A stretch of DNA of 64,000 bases from Hyphomicrobiales bacterium (GCA_017305665.1 JAFKKH010000012.1:187617-251616); one strand, 5' to 3'. Positions 19,478-30,928 are shown, numbered from the stretch's first letter. Numbers and translations: made by a program. The notes: generated by a model not told the origin, from the letters alone.

Positions 19478-20340
19478 TGGAGCATCTGGACGTTCACGCC
19501 AACGGGTCCCGCTTTCACGTCGCGCGGATCGGGCAGGGACGTCCGCTGCTTTTGCTGCACGGCTGGCCGGAGTTCTGGTTGACGTGGGAACCGGTCATGC
19601 AGCGGCTCGCCGACAGGTTTCAACTGATCGCGCCGGACCTGCACGGCTTCGGCGACAGCGACAAGCCGGATGGTCCCTATGGGCCGGATCGTCATGCGCG
19701 GGACATGCTGGCGTTGCTCGATGCCCTCAAGCTGGATCGCGTCGGCGTTGTCGGCCATGACGTTGGCGGCGCGGTGATGCAGCCGATGGCGCGGCAAGCG
19801 CCGGAACGATTGGCCGGCCTGTTCTTCTTTGGTTTCGTTTATCCCGGCATTGGTGCGCGGATGGGTGCGCCGGATCGTCTCAACGAGATCTGGTATCAGT
19901 CGTTCAACCAGATGCCGATGGCGCCGGAAATGGTCGGTGCGACACGTGACACATGCCGCGCTTATATCGGGCACTTCCTGCGCCACTGGGCGCATCGCAA
20001 GGACGCCTTCGATGACGTGCTGGAGGTGTTCGTCGACAATTTCATGAAGCCGGGAAATCTCGCCGGTGGCTTCGCGCACTATCGCGCCTCGCATGCCGGG
20101 CGCATGGCCATGTTGAGAGGCGATGCGCCAGCCTTGCCGCCGATCACGGTGCCGACCTGCGTGCGCTGGGCCGAGCACGATCCGATCTTTCCCTATGCGT
20201 GGACCGACCGGCTTAGCGGGACATTCGGCAACCTCGACCTCGCGCCGTTTCCCGGCGCCGGCCACTTCGCGCATCGCGAAACGCCGGATCGCGCGGCGGC
20301 CGAGGTCGCGAAATTCTTCGATCGCATTTGGTCGGGCTAG
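19477..20340 (+). CDS. Alpha/beta hydrolase, epoxide hydrolase/dehalogenase class
   Basis: HGWP oxyanion motif, GHDVGG Asp nucleophile, WYQ and HYR tyrosines, GHF; TGATG coupling to the ACAD. Confidence 0.88.
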   Translation: MEHLDVHANGSRFHVARIGQGRPLLLLHGWPEFWLTWEPVMQRLADRFQLIAPDLHGFGDSDKPDGPYGPDRHARDMLALLDALKLDRVGVVGHDVGGAVMQPMARQAPERLAGLFFFGFVYPGIGARMGAPDRLNEIWYQSFNQMPMAPEMVGATRDTCRAYIGHFLRHWAHRKDAFDDVLEVFVDNFMKPGNLAGGFAHYRASHAGRMAMLRGDAPALPPITVPTCVRWAEHDPIFPYAWTDRLSGTFGNLDLAPFPGAGHFAHRETPDRAAAEVAKFFDRIWSG

Positions 20341-20349
20341 GCCGATGCC

Positions 20350-21930
20350 CTAGTTCACCTGCCGATCCTTGCCCGCCCAATAGGGATCGCGCAGGTTGCG
20401 GCGGAGAATCTTGCCGGATGCGTTGCGCGGTAGCGCCGGAATGAAGTCGACCGTCTTCGGCGTCTTGAATGCGGCGATCCGTTCACGGGCGAACTTGATG
20501 ATGTCGACGGCGGTCGCATCCTTGCCCGGCTTCATCACCACGACGGCCTTGACGGCCTCGCCCCACTGGTCGTCCGGCACGCCGATGACGGCGGCCTCGG
20601 CGACATCGGGATGATCGCAGATCGCGCTCTCCACTTCGGCGGGATAGATGTTTTCGCCGCCGGAGATGATCATGTCCTTGATGCGGTCGTGAATGTAGAG
20701 ATAGCCGTCCTCGTCGAGATAGCCGGCGTCGCCGGTGCGTAGCCAGTTGTCCTTGTCGAGCGTCTTTGCGGTCGCCTCCGGCAGATTCCAGTAGCCGACC
20801 ATGTTGGAGCCCGAGCGCGTCGCGATCTCGCCGACTTCGCGGGGCGGCAGGCGATTGCCGTCGGCATCGAGAATGGCGATCTCGACGCCGGGCAGCGGCT
20901 TGCCGGCCGAGCGCATCCGCTCCAGCCCCTCAACATGATCCTCCGGTGGCAGCGCGACGATGGTGCCGGTGGTCTCGGTCATGCCGTAGAGTTGGACGAA
21001 GCCGCACTTGAAGACGTCGATACATTCCTTCAGCAGCGCGGCCGGGATCGGCGAAGCGCCGTACAGCATGTAGCGCAACCGCGAGAAGTCGATCTCTCGG
21101 GCGCGCGGCTGCCGCACCACGAACTGCATCGCGGCGGGCACCATGAATAGCTTCGAGATCTTCGAATTTTCGAAGAAGTCCAGGATCTTTGTGGGGTCAA
21201 ACTCACGCGCGATGACGCCCTTGGCGCCGTGGTAGATGCCGACCGCGCCCCAGCCGGAACCGCCGATGTGAAAGATCGGCATCGCCACCAGCGACACGTC
21301 GCTTTCCATCCATTTGTTCCAGTCCGGCGCGTCGCCGCCGCGGCCCGCGCGCACCAGCGACAGGAAATTGTAGTGCGACAGCATCGCGCCTTTCGGCTTG
21401 CCGGTCGTGCCTGATGTATAGAGCTGGATCGCGACGTTGTTCTCGTCGACGGGCACCTTCGGATCGTCGCTTGGCTGCGCATCGCGCCACGCGGCAAAAT
21501 CCTTCCACTCCGGTGCGCCGCCTTCGGTGGTCATGATCGCGCGCACGCTCTTGAGTTGTGGCTGGATGGCGCGGGCCTGCTCGATGAATTCGGGACCGAC
21601 GAACAGGATCGCCGCCTTGCAGTCCTCGACGATATAGGCGATCTCCGGACCCGCAAGTCGCCAGTTCACCGGCGCCATGACGACGCCGGCTTTCATCGCG
21701 CCGAACAGCAGCTCGAAATAGTAGTCGCTGTTCTTGCCAAGGTAGGCGATGTGCTCGTTCGGCTTGACGCCGGCCGCGATCAGCGCGCGGGCGACGCGGT
21801 TGGTGTTGCGGTCGAAGTCGGCAAAGCTGGTGACGCGGCCTTCGAATTCGAAGGCCGTAGCATTGCCTCGCGCCTTGCCCTGAACGCGAACCACGTCGGC
21901 AAGTGTCGAGGCTTCCTCGATGGCAGGCAT
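20350..21930 (-). CDS. Long-chain fatty acid-CoA ligase
   Basis: [51 protein letters not shown]; start MPAIEE at 21930. Confidence 0.93.
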   Translation of the reverse strand: MPAIEEASTLADVVRVQGKARGNATAFEFEGRVTSFADFDRNTNRVARALIAAGVKPNEHIAYLGKNSDYYFELLFGAMKAGVVMAPVNWRLAGPEIAYIVEDCKAAILFVGPEFIEQARAIQPQLKSVRAIMTTEGGAPEWKDFAAWRDAQPSDDPKVPVDENNVAIQLYTSGTTGKPKGAMLSHYNFLSLVRAGRGGDAPDWNKWMESDVSLVAMPIFHIGGSGWGAVGIYHGAKGVIAREFDPTKILDFFENSKISKLFMVPAAMQFVVRQPRAREIDFSRLRYMLYGASPIPAALLKECIDVFKCGFVQLYGMTETTGTIVALPPEDHVEGLERMRSAGKPLPGVEIAILDADGNRLPPREVGEIATRSGSNMVGYWNLPEATAKTLDKDNWLRTGDAGYLDEDGYLYIHDRIKDMIISGGENIYPAEVESAICDHPDVAEAAVIGVPDDQWGEAVKAVVVMKPGKDATAVDIIKFARERIAAFKTPKTVDFIPALPRNASGKILRRNLRDPYWAGKDRQVN

Positions 21931-22082
21931 GTTTCCCCTCACGTGTTCTTGTTTGCCGCAGTGTGAGGCCAACCTTTCGGGAAAACAATAGCGGTTGCCG
22001 TTCGCCGCATTGCAACCCGCTCGCGATTTCCCCGTTGTATTTGGGATCGGCTCGGGCAGGATCGGCGGTGTGGGGCAAATCC

Positions 22083-23582
22083 ATGACGGACATCTGGGCA
22101 CGAAAGTCGCTGACGGTTCTGACTGCGGAAGGCGCGGCGGAAGATGGGGATGCAGCCGCCCGGCCGATGCGGCGAACACTGACGGCCCTCAATCTGGTGA
22201 CACTCGGCATTGGCGGTATCGTGGGTGCCGGCATCTTTGTCCTGACCGGGCACGCGGCTGCCGCTAACGCCGGCCCCGCGGTCACCTTGTCTTTCATTTT
22301 CGGTGCAACGGCATGTGCATTTGCGGCCCTCTGCTACGCCGAGATGGCCTCGATGGTCCCGATCTCGGGCAGCGCCTATACCTACGCTTATGCGACGCTC
22401 GGCGAACTCATCGCGTGGATCATCGGCTGGGACCTGATCCTCGAATATGCCGTCGGTGCCATTGCCGTCGCGATCGGCTGGTCCGGTTATGCCGTCAGCT
22501 TCCTTCGCGATTTGGGTATCGTCATCCCGAGCCGTTTCGCGTCTGCGCCGCTGGCCTTTGACGCCACGAAGCATGTGTGGTCGGTGACCGGCGCAATTAT
22601 CAACCTGCCGGCGATGGCCGTCATCGTCGCCATCACGGCGTTGCTGGTGGTCGGCATTCGCGAGTCGGCCCGATTCAATAACGTCATTGTTGCGGTGAAG
22701 CTGACCGTCATTGTCTTGTTCATCATCTTCTGCACCCATGCGTTCAGCACCGCGAACTGGGTTACGGCCAGCAATCCCCAGGGCGCTTTCATCCCGCCAA
22801 ACAAGGCACCGGGCGTGTTCGGCTGGAGCGGGGTGATCCGCGGCGCGGCGGTGGTGTTCTTCGCTTACATCGGATTCGATGCAGTCTCGACCGCGGCGCA
22901 AGAGACCAAAGTGCCCAGCCGCGACGTGCCCATTGGAATCCTGTTGTCGCTGGTGATCTGCACGCTGCTCTACGTTGCAGTCGGTCTGGTTCTGACCGGC
23001 ATCGTGCCGTTCGATCGGCTCAATGTTGCAGACCCGATCGCAGTGGGAATCGATAACGCGGGAGTCGGCTGGCTGTCGCCATTCATCAAGCTCGGGATTG
23101 TTGCCGGCCTGACGTCGGTCATCCTCGTCATGCTGCTGGCGCAGCCGCGCATCTTCCGCGCCATGGCGCACGATGGTCTGCTGCCGAAAGGCGCTGCCGC
23201 GATTCATCCGCGGTTTCAGACGCCCTATGTGGCGACGATTGCGACCGGGCTCGTCACCACGCCGCTTGCCGGTCTGCTGCCGATCGGTCTCGTGGGTGAA
23301 CTCGTCAGCATCGGAACGCTGTTCGCGTTCGCAATCGTCTGCTGTGGCGTTCTCGTGCTGCGCATCCGTCACCCCAACGAAAAGCGACCCTTCCGGGCGC
23401 CGGCGATCTGGTTTGTGGCGCCTGCCGGCGTCGTGACGTCGTGCTTCCTGATGTTCGGCCTGCCGCTTGATACCTGGATTAGGCTGGTGGTCTGGCTCGC
23501 GATCGGACTTGTCATTTATGCGGCATACGGTGCACGCCACTCCCGCATCGCTGCCTACGGCAATGCGGATAGCCGTGGCTAA
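22083..23582 (+). CDS. APC-family amino acid permease (cationic amino acid transporter-like)
   Basis: [44 protein letters not shown]; multiple TM segments. Confidence 0.92.
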   Translation: MTDIWARKSLTVLTAEGAAEDGDAAARPMRRTLTALNLVTLGIGGIVGAGIFVLTGHAAAANAGPAVTLSFIFGATACAFAALCYAEMASMVPISGSAYTYAYATLGELIAWIIGWDLILEYAVGAIAVAIGWSGYAVSFLRDLGIVIPSRFASAPLAFDATKHVWSVTGAIINLPAMAVIVAITALLVVGIRESARFNNVIVAVKLTVIVLFIIFCTHAFSTANWVTASNPQGAFIPPNKAPGVFGWSGVIRGAAVVFFAYIGFDAVSTAAQETKVPSRDVPIGILLSLVICTLLYVAVGLVLTGIVPFDRLNVADPIAVGIDNAGVGWLSPFIKLGIVAGLTSVILVMLLAQPRIFRAMAHDGLLPKGAAAIHPRFQTPYVATIATGLVTTPLAGLLPIGLVGELVSIGTLFAFAIVCCGVLVLRIRHPNEKRPFRAPAIWFVAPAGVVTSCFLMFGLPLDTWIRLVVWLAIGLVIYAAYGARHSRIAAYGNADSRG

Positions 23583-24454
23583 CCGCGCTTGGCGCGATCC
23601 TTCTCGTTCTGTGCCTTGATGGCGTCGCGGGCCTGCTCCCAGTCGGCGTCCTTCCAGTCCCGTAACTGATAGAAGTTGCCGCCCATGGCGAGCGCCTGGC
23701 CGCCGTCCATGGCGATGGTCTCGCCGTTGATCCAGTCGCAGCCGCCGGAAATCAGGAAGGTCGCGAGGTTCTGCAATTCCTCCATGGTGCCGACGCGGCC
23801 CATCGGGTTCATCGCCTTGGTGCGTGCGCCGGCTTCATCGCCCGGCTTGATGCGCTTGCTCATGCCCTCGGTCGGAATTTCGCCCGGCGCGATGGTGTTG
23901 AGGCGGATGCCGTATTTGCCCCACTCGGTCGCGAGCGACATGGTCATGGCGTGGATCGCCGACTTGCTCATGGCCGACGGCACCACATAGGGGCTGCCGT
24001 TGCGTACCCATGTCACGGTGATCGAGACGACATTCCCCGGCAACTTGGCGGCGATCCATCGCTTGCCGACTGCGTGGGTCACATAGAACGTGCCATGCAT
24101 GACGATGTTGGCGACGGCGTCGAAGCCGCGCGGTGTCAGGTCCTCGCTGCGCGAGATGAAGTTGCCCGCCGCGTTGTTGATGAGATCGGTGAGAGGGCCT
24201 TCGGCCGTGAAGATCGCTTCGATCATGTGATCGACCGCGGCGGCGTCGCGGATATCGACGCCATGGCTGACGACGCGGCCGCCATATTCGGCCATCAGTT
24301 CGGTCGCGGTCTCGTCGCAGACGATCTTGCGGCGGCCGCAGATGTGCACCATGGCGCCGAGGCTGAGAAATCGCGCGGCCATCGCCTTGCCCAGGCCGGT
24401 GCCGCCGCCCGTGACAAGAATATTTCGGCCCGCAAGAAGCTGTGGGTTGAACAT
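23579..24454 (-). CDS. SDR, 2,4-dienoyl-CoA reductase-like
   Basis: [16 protein letters not shown], no canonical YxxxK (PSAMSK), NTIAPGEI, typical of the DECR subgroup. Confidence 0.78.
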   Translation of the reverse strand: MFNPQLLAGRNILVTGGGTGLGKAMAARFLSLGAMVHICGRRKIVCDETATELMAEYGGRVVSHGVDIRDAAAVDHMIEAIFTAEGPLTDLINNAAGNFISRSEDLTPRGFDAVANIVMHGTFYVTHAVGKRWIAAKLPGNVVSITVTWVRNGSPYVVPSAMSKSAIHAMTMSLATEWGKYGIRLNTIAPGEIPTEGMSKRIKPGDEAGARTKAMNPMGRVGTMEELQNLATFLISGGCDWINGETIAMDGGQALAMGGNFYQLRDWKDADWEQARDAIKAQNEKDRAKRG

Positions 24455-24490
24455 GGATGGTCCATGATTTTGGAGGAAGAGTCTTCTTAA

Positions 24491-24506
24491 TTAGTTGATT
24501 GACTAA
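24491..24506. promoter_or_regulatory. Candidate operator between the divergent SDR and crotonase genes
   Basis: TTAGTT-GATT-GACTAA near-palindrome in an AT-rich divergent promoter region. Confidence 0.35.
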
Positions 24507-24565
24507 AACCGGAGAACGGCTTTCTGTAAAGCTGAAAACAGGTAAAAACCTCAGGAGATGTCTTT

Positions 24566-25378
24566 ATGAATGATCGCGTGTCGGTATCGATGTCTGACGG
24601 CGTGGCGGATGTCCGCCTGGTCCGTGCGGACAAGATGAATGCGCTCGATGCCGCGATGTTCGAGGCTCTTGTGGACACCAGCGATCGGCTCAGCCGCGAG
24701 AAGGGCCTGCGTGCCGTCGTGCTCTCGGGCGAGGGCAAGGCGTTTTGTGCTGGCCTCGACATGGGGCGTTTTGCTGCCATGAAGGAAAATGGCGGTAACG
24801 GGATAGCGGGCGGCGAGAAGCGCGACCTTACGGCGCGGACCTATGGCAAGGCGAATTTCCCGCAACAGGCGGTGTGGGGCTGGCGGCAATTGCCGGTACC
24901 GGTGATCGCCGCCATCCACGGCGTGGCGTTCGGCGGCGGCTTCCAGCTCGCACTCGGCGCCGACATGCGTTACCTCGCGCCGGACGCGCGCATGTCGATC
25001 ATGGAGATCAAGTGGGGTCTCGTGCCCGACATGGCGGGAACGCCGATCCTCGCGAGCCTCGTGCGCGACGATATCCTGCGCGAATTGACCTACACCGGCC
25101 GCATCTTCTCGGCGCAGGAGGCCATGAGCTACGGCCTGGCGACGCAGATTTGCGACGATCCGCGTAGCGTTGCGCTTAGTGTGGCGCTGGAGATCGCGAA
25201 CAAAAGTCCGCATGCGATTCGTGCCGCCAAGCGGATGCTGAACAAGCTGTCGGGCGATCCAGGTCCCGCGCTGCTCGCGGAGTCCGTCGAGCAGCAGGCG
25301 CTGATCGGCGCGCCGAACCAGACCGAGGCGGTCCGCGCCAATCTGGAAAAGCGTGCACCGAAGTTTGCCGAGGTGTGA
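24566..25378 (+). CDS. Enoyl-CoA hydratase/isomerase family protein
   Basis: AFCAGLDM, GGGFQLAL, MEIKWGLVPDM; RBS AGGAG. Confidence 0.9.
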   Translation: MNDRVSVSMSDGVADVRLVRADKMNALDAAMFEALVDTSDRLSREKGLRAVVLSGEGKAFCAGLDMGRFAAMKENGGNGIAGGEKRDLTARTYGKANFPQQAVWGWRQLPVPVIAAIHGVAFGGGFQLALGADMRYLAPDARMSIMEIKWGLVPDMAGTPILASLVRDDILRELTYTGRIFSAQEAMSYGLATQICDDPRSVALSVALEIANKSPHAIRAAKRMLNKLSGDPGPALLAESVEQQALIGAPNQTEAVRANLEKRAPKFAEV

Positions 25379-25386
25379 GGGCAAAT

Positions 25387-25491
25387 CATCATCCTGAGGT
25401 GCGAGTCCTTGCGCGCCTCGAAAGAGGCGCACTAACTTGATTTCGTCATCCTTCGAGGCTCGCTGAATTCGGCTCGCTCCTTGGAATGACG
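25387..25491. repeat. Degenerate family A CGTC-type element
   Basis: CATCATCCTGAGGTGCGAG...CATCCTTCGAGGCTCG...GGAATGACG, clearly homologous to 17108-17209. Confidence 0.8.
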
Positions 25492-25511
25492 GTCAAACAA
25501 GAACAAAAGCG

Positions 25512-27059
25512 ATGACGGAAACTCCCATGCTCTTCCACGGCATCATCTCCGGCGAGCGCCGCCGCAGTTTCCCTGAGGTAACCGACCGCGTCAGCCGTCT
25601 TGCCGGCGGGTTGCAGACTCTCGGCGTCGGGCCCGGCGACAGCGTCTGCGTCGTCATGCGCAACGACATCGCCTTCATCGAGGCCGCCTACGCGGTGATG
25701 ACGCTCGGCGCCTATGCGGTGCCGGTGAACTGGCACTTCAAGCCGGAGGAGGTGAACTACGTCATCAAGGATTCCGGCACGCGCGTCGTGATCGGCCACG
25801 CCGACATGCTCAATCTGCTTGGCGATGCGATCCCCGCCGGCGTCACGGTGCTGAGCGTGCCGACGCCACCGGAGATTCTCGCGAGCTACAAGATCGATCG
25901 CGACCTGCTGGGAGCGCCGCGCGGCGCGCTCGATCTCGAGACATGGTTGGCGGCGCAGAAGCCTTACGCCGGCCCGGCCCGGCCGCAGCCGCAGAACATG
26001 ATCTACACCTCGGGCACCACAGGCCACCCCAAGGGCGTACGCCGTACCACGCCGACGCCCGACCAGGCGAAATCGCAGGAAGCCATGCGTGCCATGATCT
26101 ACGGCCTCAAGCCCGGCATTCGCGGCCTGCTGCCGGGACCGCTTTATCATTCGGCACCGAACTCGTTCGGGTTGCGGGCAGGGCGGCTCGGCGGCGCGCT
26201 GGTGCTGATGCCGCGGTTCGATGCGGAAGTATTTTTGCAACTGGTCGAGCGCGAAAAGATCGACACCGTCTTCATGGTGCCGACCATGTTCATCCGCCTG
26301 ATGAAACTGCCGGAAGCGGTGCGCGCAAAATATGATGTATCGTCGCTGCGCCATATCATTCATGCGGCCGCTCCGTGTCCCGCCGATGTCAAGGGCGCCA
26401 TGATCGAGTGGTGGGGGCCGGTGATCTATGAATTCTACGGCTCGACCGAGTCCGGGGCCGTTACCTTCGCCAATTCCGAGGATGCGCTGAAGAAGCCCGG
26501 CACCGTCGGCAAGATCTCGCCCGGCGCGGAGCTGAAATTCATCGGCGATGACGGGCGCGAACTGCCGCAGGGCGAGATCGGCGAAATCTATTCGCGGATC
26601 AAGAGCCATCCGGACTTCACCTATCACAACAAGCCGGAGAAGCGCGCCGAGATCGAGCGCGAAGGCTTCATCACGTCCGGCGATGTCGGTTACATCGACG
26701 CCGACGGTTATGTGTTCATCTGCGACCGCAAGCGCGACATGGTGATTTCAGGCGGCGTCAACATCTATCCGGCGGAGATCGAGGCCGCGCTGCATGCCGT
26801 GCCGGGCGTCCACGACTGCGCCGTGTTCGGCATTCCCGACGATGAATTCGGCGAGGCGCTGATGGCGGTGGTCGAGCCGCAGCCGAGCGTCCGGCTCGAT
26901 GAAGACCACATTCGCAGGCAATTGAAGCGATCGCTCGCGGACTACAAGGTGCCAAAGCACATCGAGATCGGTACCAATCTGCCGCGCGAGGATTCCGGAA
27001 AGATCTTCAAGCGGCGCCTGCGCGATCCCTATTGGGAGCGGGCGGGGCGAAGGATTTAG
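25512..27059 (+). CDS. Acyl-CoA synthetase (AMP-forming)
   Basis: YTSGTTGHPKG, YGSTESG, SGDVG, DRKRDMVISGGVNIYPAEIE, PREDSGKI. Confidence 0.93.
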   Translation: MTETPMLFHGIISGERRRSFPEVTDRVSRLAGGLQTLGVGPGDSVCVVMRNDIAFIEAAYAVMTLGAYAVPVNWHFKPEEVNYVIKDSGTRVVIGHADMLNLLGDAIPAGVTVLSVPTPPEILASYKIDRDLLGAPRGALDLETWLAAQKPYAGPARPQPQNMIYTSGTTGHPKGVRRTTPTPDQAKSQEAMRAMIYGLKPGIRGLLPGPLYHSAPNSFGLRAGRLGGALVLMPRFDAEVFLQLVEREKIDTVFMVPTMFIRLMKLPEAVRAKYDVSSLRHIIHAAAPCPADVKGAMIEWWGPVIYEFYGSTESGAVTFANSEDALKKPGTVGKISPGAELKFIGDDGRELPQGEIGEIYSRIKSHPDFTYHNKPEKRAEIEREGFITSGDVGYIDADGYVFICDRKRDMVISGGVNIYPAEIEAALHAVPGVHDCAVFGIPDDEFGEALMAVVEPQPSVRLDEDHIRRQLKRSLADYKVPKHIEIGTNLPREDSGKIFKRRLRDPYWERAGRRI

Positions 27060-27100
27060 TTTCACGCCCACTTTTGTGCGTGTTGGCTGCGCAGCTTTCT

Positions 27101-27109
27101 TGCGCTGCA
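27101..27109. promoter_or_regulatory. PhaR-like box candidate upstream of ppc
   Basis: TGCGCTGCA matches the TGCRNYGCA core I recall for Bradyrhizobium PhaR. Confidence 0.35.
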
Positions 27110-27158
27110 ACCAAAAACTTGCGACTGGAGAGTCGTGGAGTTCCTGGGAGCCAGCGCC

Positions 27159-29945
27159 ATGCCCGGTCAAACGATCCTGTCGCCGAATGTGGGTCAATCC
27201 GAACGGGATCTCGCGGCGCTCGATGCGCGCCTGCGTGACGACATCCGGCTGCTCGGCCGCATCCTCGGGGATACCGTGCGGGACCAGGAAGGCGAGGCGG
27301 TATTCGATCTGGTCGAGCGCATCCGCCAGACCTCGATCCGTTTCCATCGCGACAATGACGTGCCGGCGCGGCGCGAACTCGAAACCATCCTCGACGGCAT
27401 GTCGATTGCGGAGACGGTACGCATCGTTCGGGCCTTCAGCTATTTCTCGCACCTCGCCAATATCGCCGAGGACCACAACAACATCCGTCAGATGCGCCAT
27501 CAAAGTCTTGCGGGCGCCGCGCCGCAGGAGGGCACGCTGGCGCGAACGCTCGATCGGGCCCGCGGGGCCGGTTTCAGCGGCAAGGCATTGCGGGCGTTCT
27601 TCGATGGTGCGCTGGTCAGTCCGGTGTTGACCGCGCATCCGACCGAGGTCCGCCGCAAGAGCACCATGGATCGGGAAATGGAGGTCGCCGCGCTGCTCGA
27701 CCGGCGCGACCGCACACAGCTCACGCCCGACGAATTCAAGGCCAGCGAGGAGCAGTTGCGCCGCGCGGTGCTGACCCTGTGGCAAACCAACCTGTTACGG
27801 CGGACCAAGCTGACGGTTCTGGATGAAGTCGCCAACGGATTGTCGTTCTACGACTATACCTTCCTGCGTGAGGTGCCGAGGCTGCATTGCGCGCTGGAGG
27901 ACCGTCTGCAGGACGGTACCGGCAGCGAACCGAAGGAGATCGCGTCGTTCCTGCGGATGGGAAGCTGGATCGGCGGCGACCGCGACGGCAATCCATTCGT
28001 CACCGCCGATGTCATGCGCGGCACGCTGCGGATGCAGTGCGCGCGTGTGTTGCGCTACTACCTCGACGAGTTGCATGAACTCGGCGGTGAACTGTCGCTG
28101 GCGGCGAACCTCGCCGACGTCTCCCCGGAATTACGAACTTTGGCGGAACGGTCGCCCGATACGTCGCCGCATCGCAGCGGCGAGCCGTATCGTCTCGCGG
28201 TGTCCGGCATCTATGCGCGGCTGGCGGCGACCGCGCTGAAGCTGAATGTGGAAACCCTGCGTCCGCCCGTCGGCGAGGCCGCGCCTTACGCCAGCGCAGC
28301 CGAGTTCAGCGCCGACCTCGACATCCTCGATCGCTCGCTGATCCTCAACCATTCGGAAGTGATCGCACGCGGGCGGTTGCGCCAGTTGCGCCGTGCCGCC
28401 GATTGCTTCGGCTTTCATCTCGCCTGTCTCGATATGCGGCAGAATTCCGCCGTGCACGAACGCACCATCGCAGAACTGATCGACGCAGCGACACCTGGTA
28501 CGTCATATCTGGCGCTGGATGAGGCGGCTCGGATCGAACTGCTGGCGCGAGAATTACGTAACGCGCGGCCGCTGGCCTCGCCGTTCGTCAGATACAGCGA
28601 GGAAGTCCTCGGCGAACTCGCGGTGTTTCATGCCGCGGCGGAAGCGCATGCTACGTTCGGTGCCGCCGCGATCCCCCAATGCATCATCTCCATGTGCAAG
28701 GGCATCTCCGACCTGCTCGAGGTTGCACTCCTGCTGAAGGAGGCCGGCCTCATTGGTCCCGCAGGCCGCAGCGCCATCAATATCGTACCGCTGTTCGAGA
28801 CCATCGAGGATCTGCAGGCCTGCGCGGGCATCATGGACCGGCTGCTGTCGCTGCCGGAATACCGGGCGCTGGTCGACAGCCGCGGCGGTGTGCAGGAGGT
28901 GATGCTCGGCTATTCCGACAGCAACAAGGACGGCGGCTTCGTCACGTCGGGCTGGGAGCTCTACAAGGCCGAGATCGATCTCGTTCGCGTGTTCGAGCGG
29001 CACCATGTGCGATTGCGGCTGTTCCACGGCCGTGGCGGCTCGGTCGGCCGGGGCGGCGGGCCGAGCTACGACGCCATCCTCGCGCAGCCCGGCGGCGCGG
29101 TGAACGGGCAGATACGCATCACCGAACAGGGCGAAATCATCTCCAGCAAATATTCCAACGCCGAGGTCGGCCGCGCCAATCTGGAAATCCTCGCAGCCGC
29201 GACGCTGGAAGCGAGCCTGTTGCAGCCGCAGCAAAGCGCGCCGCGTCCTGATTATCTTGACGCCATGGAGGACCTGTCGTCGCGCGCCTTCGCAGCCTAT
29301 CGCAACCTTGTCTATGAGACGCCGGGGTTCGAGGATTATTTCTGGGCTTCGACCGTCATCAACGAAATCGCGACGCTCAACATCGGCAGCCGCCCGGCGT
29401 CACGCAAGAAGACACGTCGGATCGAAGACCTTCGCGCGATTCCGTGGGTGTTTAGTTGGGCGCAGTGCCGTCTCATGCTGCCGGGCTGGTACGGTTTCGG
29501 CAGCGCCGTGGAGGCCTGGATCAAGGATCATCCCGACAGGGGCATGGCGCTGTTGCAGGAGCTTTACCGCGAGTGGCCGTTCTTTCGCATGCTGCTCTCC
29601 AACATGGATATGGTGCTGGCGAAGAGCTCGATCGCGATCGCATCGCGCTATGCGGATCTCGTGCCCGATGCTGAATTGCGCAAAGCGATCTTCGATCGCA
29701 TCCAGCGCGAGTGGCATCTCACCATCGAGACGCTGTCGGCGATCATGGGGCAGGATCGGCTCCTGAGCAGCAATCCGCTGCTCGATCGCTCGATTCGCAA
29801 CCGCTTTCCCTATCTCGATCCGCTCAACCACGTGCAGGTGGAATTACTCAAAGCGCACCGCGCGCAGTCGACCGACGAGCAGGTGCTGCGCGGCATCCAG
29901 ATCACCATCAACGGCATTTCAGCGGGATTGCGGAACAGCGGGTGA
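27159..29945 (+). CDS. ppc: Phosphoenolpyruvate carboxylase
   Basis: [54 protein letters not shown] and C-terminal RNSG. Confidence 0.97.
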   Translation: MPGQTILSPNVGQSERDLAALDARLRDDIRLLGRILGDTVRDQEGEAVFDLVERIRQTSIRFHRDNDVPARRELETILDGMSIAETVRIVRAFSYFSHLANIAEDHNNIRQMRHQSLAGAAPQEGTLARTLDRARGAGFSGKALRAFFDGALVSPVLTAHPTEVRRKSTMDREMEVAALLDRRDRTQLTPDEFKASEEQLRRAVLTLWQTNLLRRTKLTVLDEVANGLSFYDYTFLREVPRLHCALEDRLQDGTGSEPKEIASFLRMGSWIGGDRDGNPFVTADVMRGTLRMQCARVLRYYLDELHELGGELSLAANLADVSPELRTLAERSPDTSPHRSGEPYRLAVSGIYARLAATALKLNVETLRPPVGEAAPYASAAEFSADLDILDRSLILNHSEVIARGRLRQLRRAADCFGFHLACLDMRQNSAVHERTIAELIDAATPGTSYLALDEAARIELLARELRNARPLASPFVRYSEEVLGELAVFHAAAEAHATFGAAAIPQCIISMCKGISDLLEVALLLKEAGLIGPAGRSAINIVPLFETIEDLQACAGIMDRLLSLPEYRALVDSRGGVQEVMLGYSDSNKDGGFVTSGWELYKAEIDLVRVFERHHVRLRLFHGRGGSVGRGGGPSYDAILAQPGGAVNGQIRITEQGEIISSKYSNAEVGRANLEILAAATLEASLLQPQQSAPRPDYLDAMEDLSSRAFAAYRNLVYETPGFEDYFWASTVINEIATLNIGSRPASRKKTRRIEDLRAIPWVFSWAQCRLMLPGWYGFGSAVEAWIKDHPDRGMALLQELYREWPFFRMLLSNMDMVLAKSSIAIASRYADLVPDAELRKAIFDRIQREWHLTIETLSAIMGQDRLLSSNPLLDRSIRNRFPYLDPLNHVQVELLKAHRAQSTDEQVLRGIQITINGISAGLRNSG

Positions 29946-29954
29946 GCTTGTCGA

Positions 29955-29977
29955 TCCCTCCCCGCAAGGGGGAGGGA
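29955..29977. repeat. Isolated hairpin of repeat family C, probably acting as a terminator between ppc and the SDR
   Basis: TCCCTCCCC-GCAA-GGGGGAGGGA, nearly identical to the right end of the 47751-47884 element. Confidence 0.6.
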
Positions 29978-29988
29978 AAAGAAATCCC

Positions 29989-30909
29989 TTACACCGGATC
30001 CCAATTGAAAATGTCAGCGGAGCGATCGAGCTTGTAGAACGATCCCTTCAGCGCCGGCATGCCGTGCTCGGCAATGCTCTGCGGCGTCCAGCCCTCGCTT
30101 CGCTGCACCGAGCGGATCGGACGCGATTGGCCCATCAGGAAGATTTCGTTCATGCGCACGGCAAAGATCTGTCCGGTCACGTCCTTTGCGGCGTCGCCGA
30201 GCAGATAGGCGCAGATCGGCGCGATCTTGTCGGCGGTCATGCGCTGCATGCGTTCGACGCGCGCCTTTTCTTCGGGCGTCTCGGTCGGAATGGTGCCGAT
30301 CAGGCGGCTCCACGCGAATGGCGAGATGCAGTTCGAACGCACGTTGAAGCGGTTCATATCGAGCGCAATCGACTTCGACAGGCCGACGATGCCGAGCTTG
30401 GCGGCGGCGTAATTGGCCTGGCCGAAATTGCCGATCAGGCCCGAGGTCGAGGTGAAGTGCACGAACGAGCCGCTTTCCTGCTCGCGGAACAGGCGCGCCG
30501 CGGCGTGCGAGACGTAGAAAGAGCCCATCAGGTGCACCTTGATGACGGACTCGAACGCGTCGATGCTCATGCGGTGGAAGATCGCATCGCGCAGGATGCC
30601 GGCGTTGTTCACGACACCGTCGAGCTTGCCGTAGGTGTCGACGGCCTGCTTGACGATCTTGCTGGCGGGAATCGCTTCCGCCACGGTCTCGAAGTTGGCG
30701 ACGGCAGTGCCGCCGCGCTTCTTGATCTCTTCGACGACCTGTTCGGCAGGCGCCGCATCGTTGCCGGCGCCGTCGGCCGCACCGCCTGGATCGTTGACGA
30801 CGACCCTTGCACCTTCCGCCGCGCACAGCAGCGCGATCTCGCGGCCGATGCCGCGGCCCGCGCCGGTGACGATGACGACTTTTCCGTCGAGTGATTTTGC
30901 GTTTGCCAT
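29989..30909 (-). CDS. SDR (3-hydroxyacyl-CoA dehydrogenase / MFE-2 N-domain-like)
   Basis: TGAGRGIG, VVVND, NNAGILRD, GNFGQANYAAAK; start MANAKS at 30909. Confidence 0.9.
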   Translation of the reverse strand: MANAKSLDGKVVIVTGAGRGIGREIALLCAAEGARVVVNDPGGAADGAGNDAAPAEQVVEEIKKRGGTAVANFETVAEAIPASKIVKQAVDTYGKLDGVVNNAGILRDAIFHRMSIDAFESVIKVHLMGSFYVSHAAARLFREQESGSFVHFTSTSGLIGNFGQANYAAAKLGIVGLSKSIALDMNRFNVRSNCISPFAWSRLIGTIPTETPEEKARVERMQRMTADKIAPICAYLLGDAAKDVTGQIFAVRMNEIFLMGQSRPIRSVQRSEGWTPQSIAEHGMPALKGSFYKLDRSADIFNWDPV

Positions 30910-30928
30910 GATGCTCTCGTGGGGTTCG

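Noticed and set aside
19477-20340. Assignment as the lactonase linking the BVMO to the Lva-like genes
   Set aside because: Asp nucleophile and lid tyrosines indicate the epoxide hydrolase/dehalogenase class, not a Ser lactonase; the role is left open.
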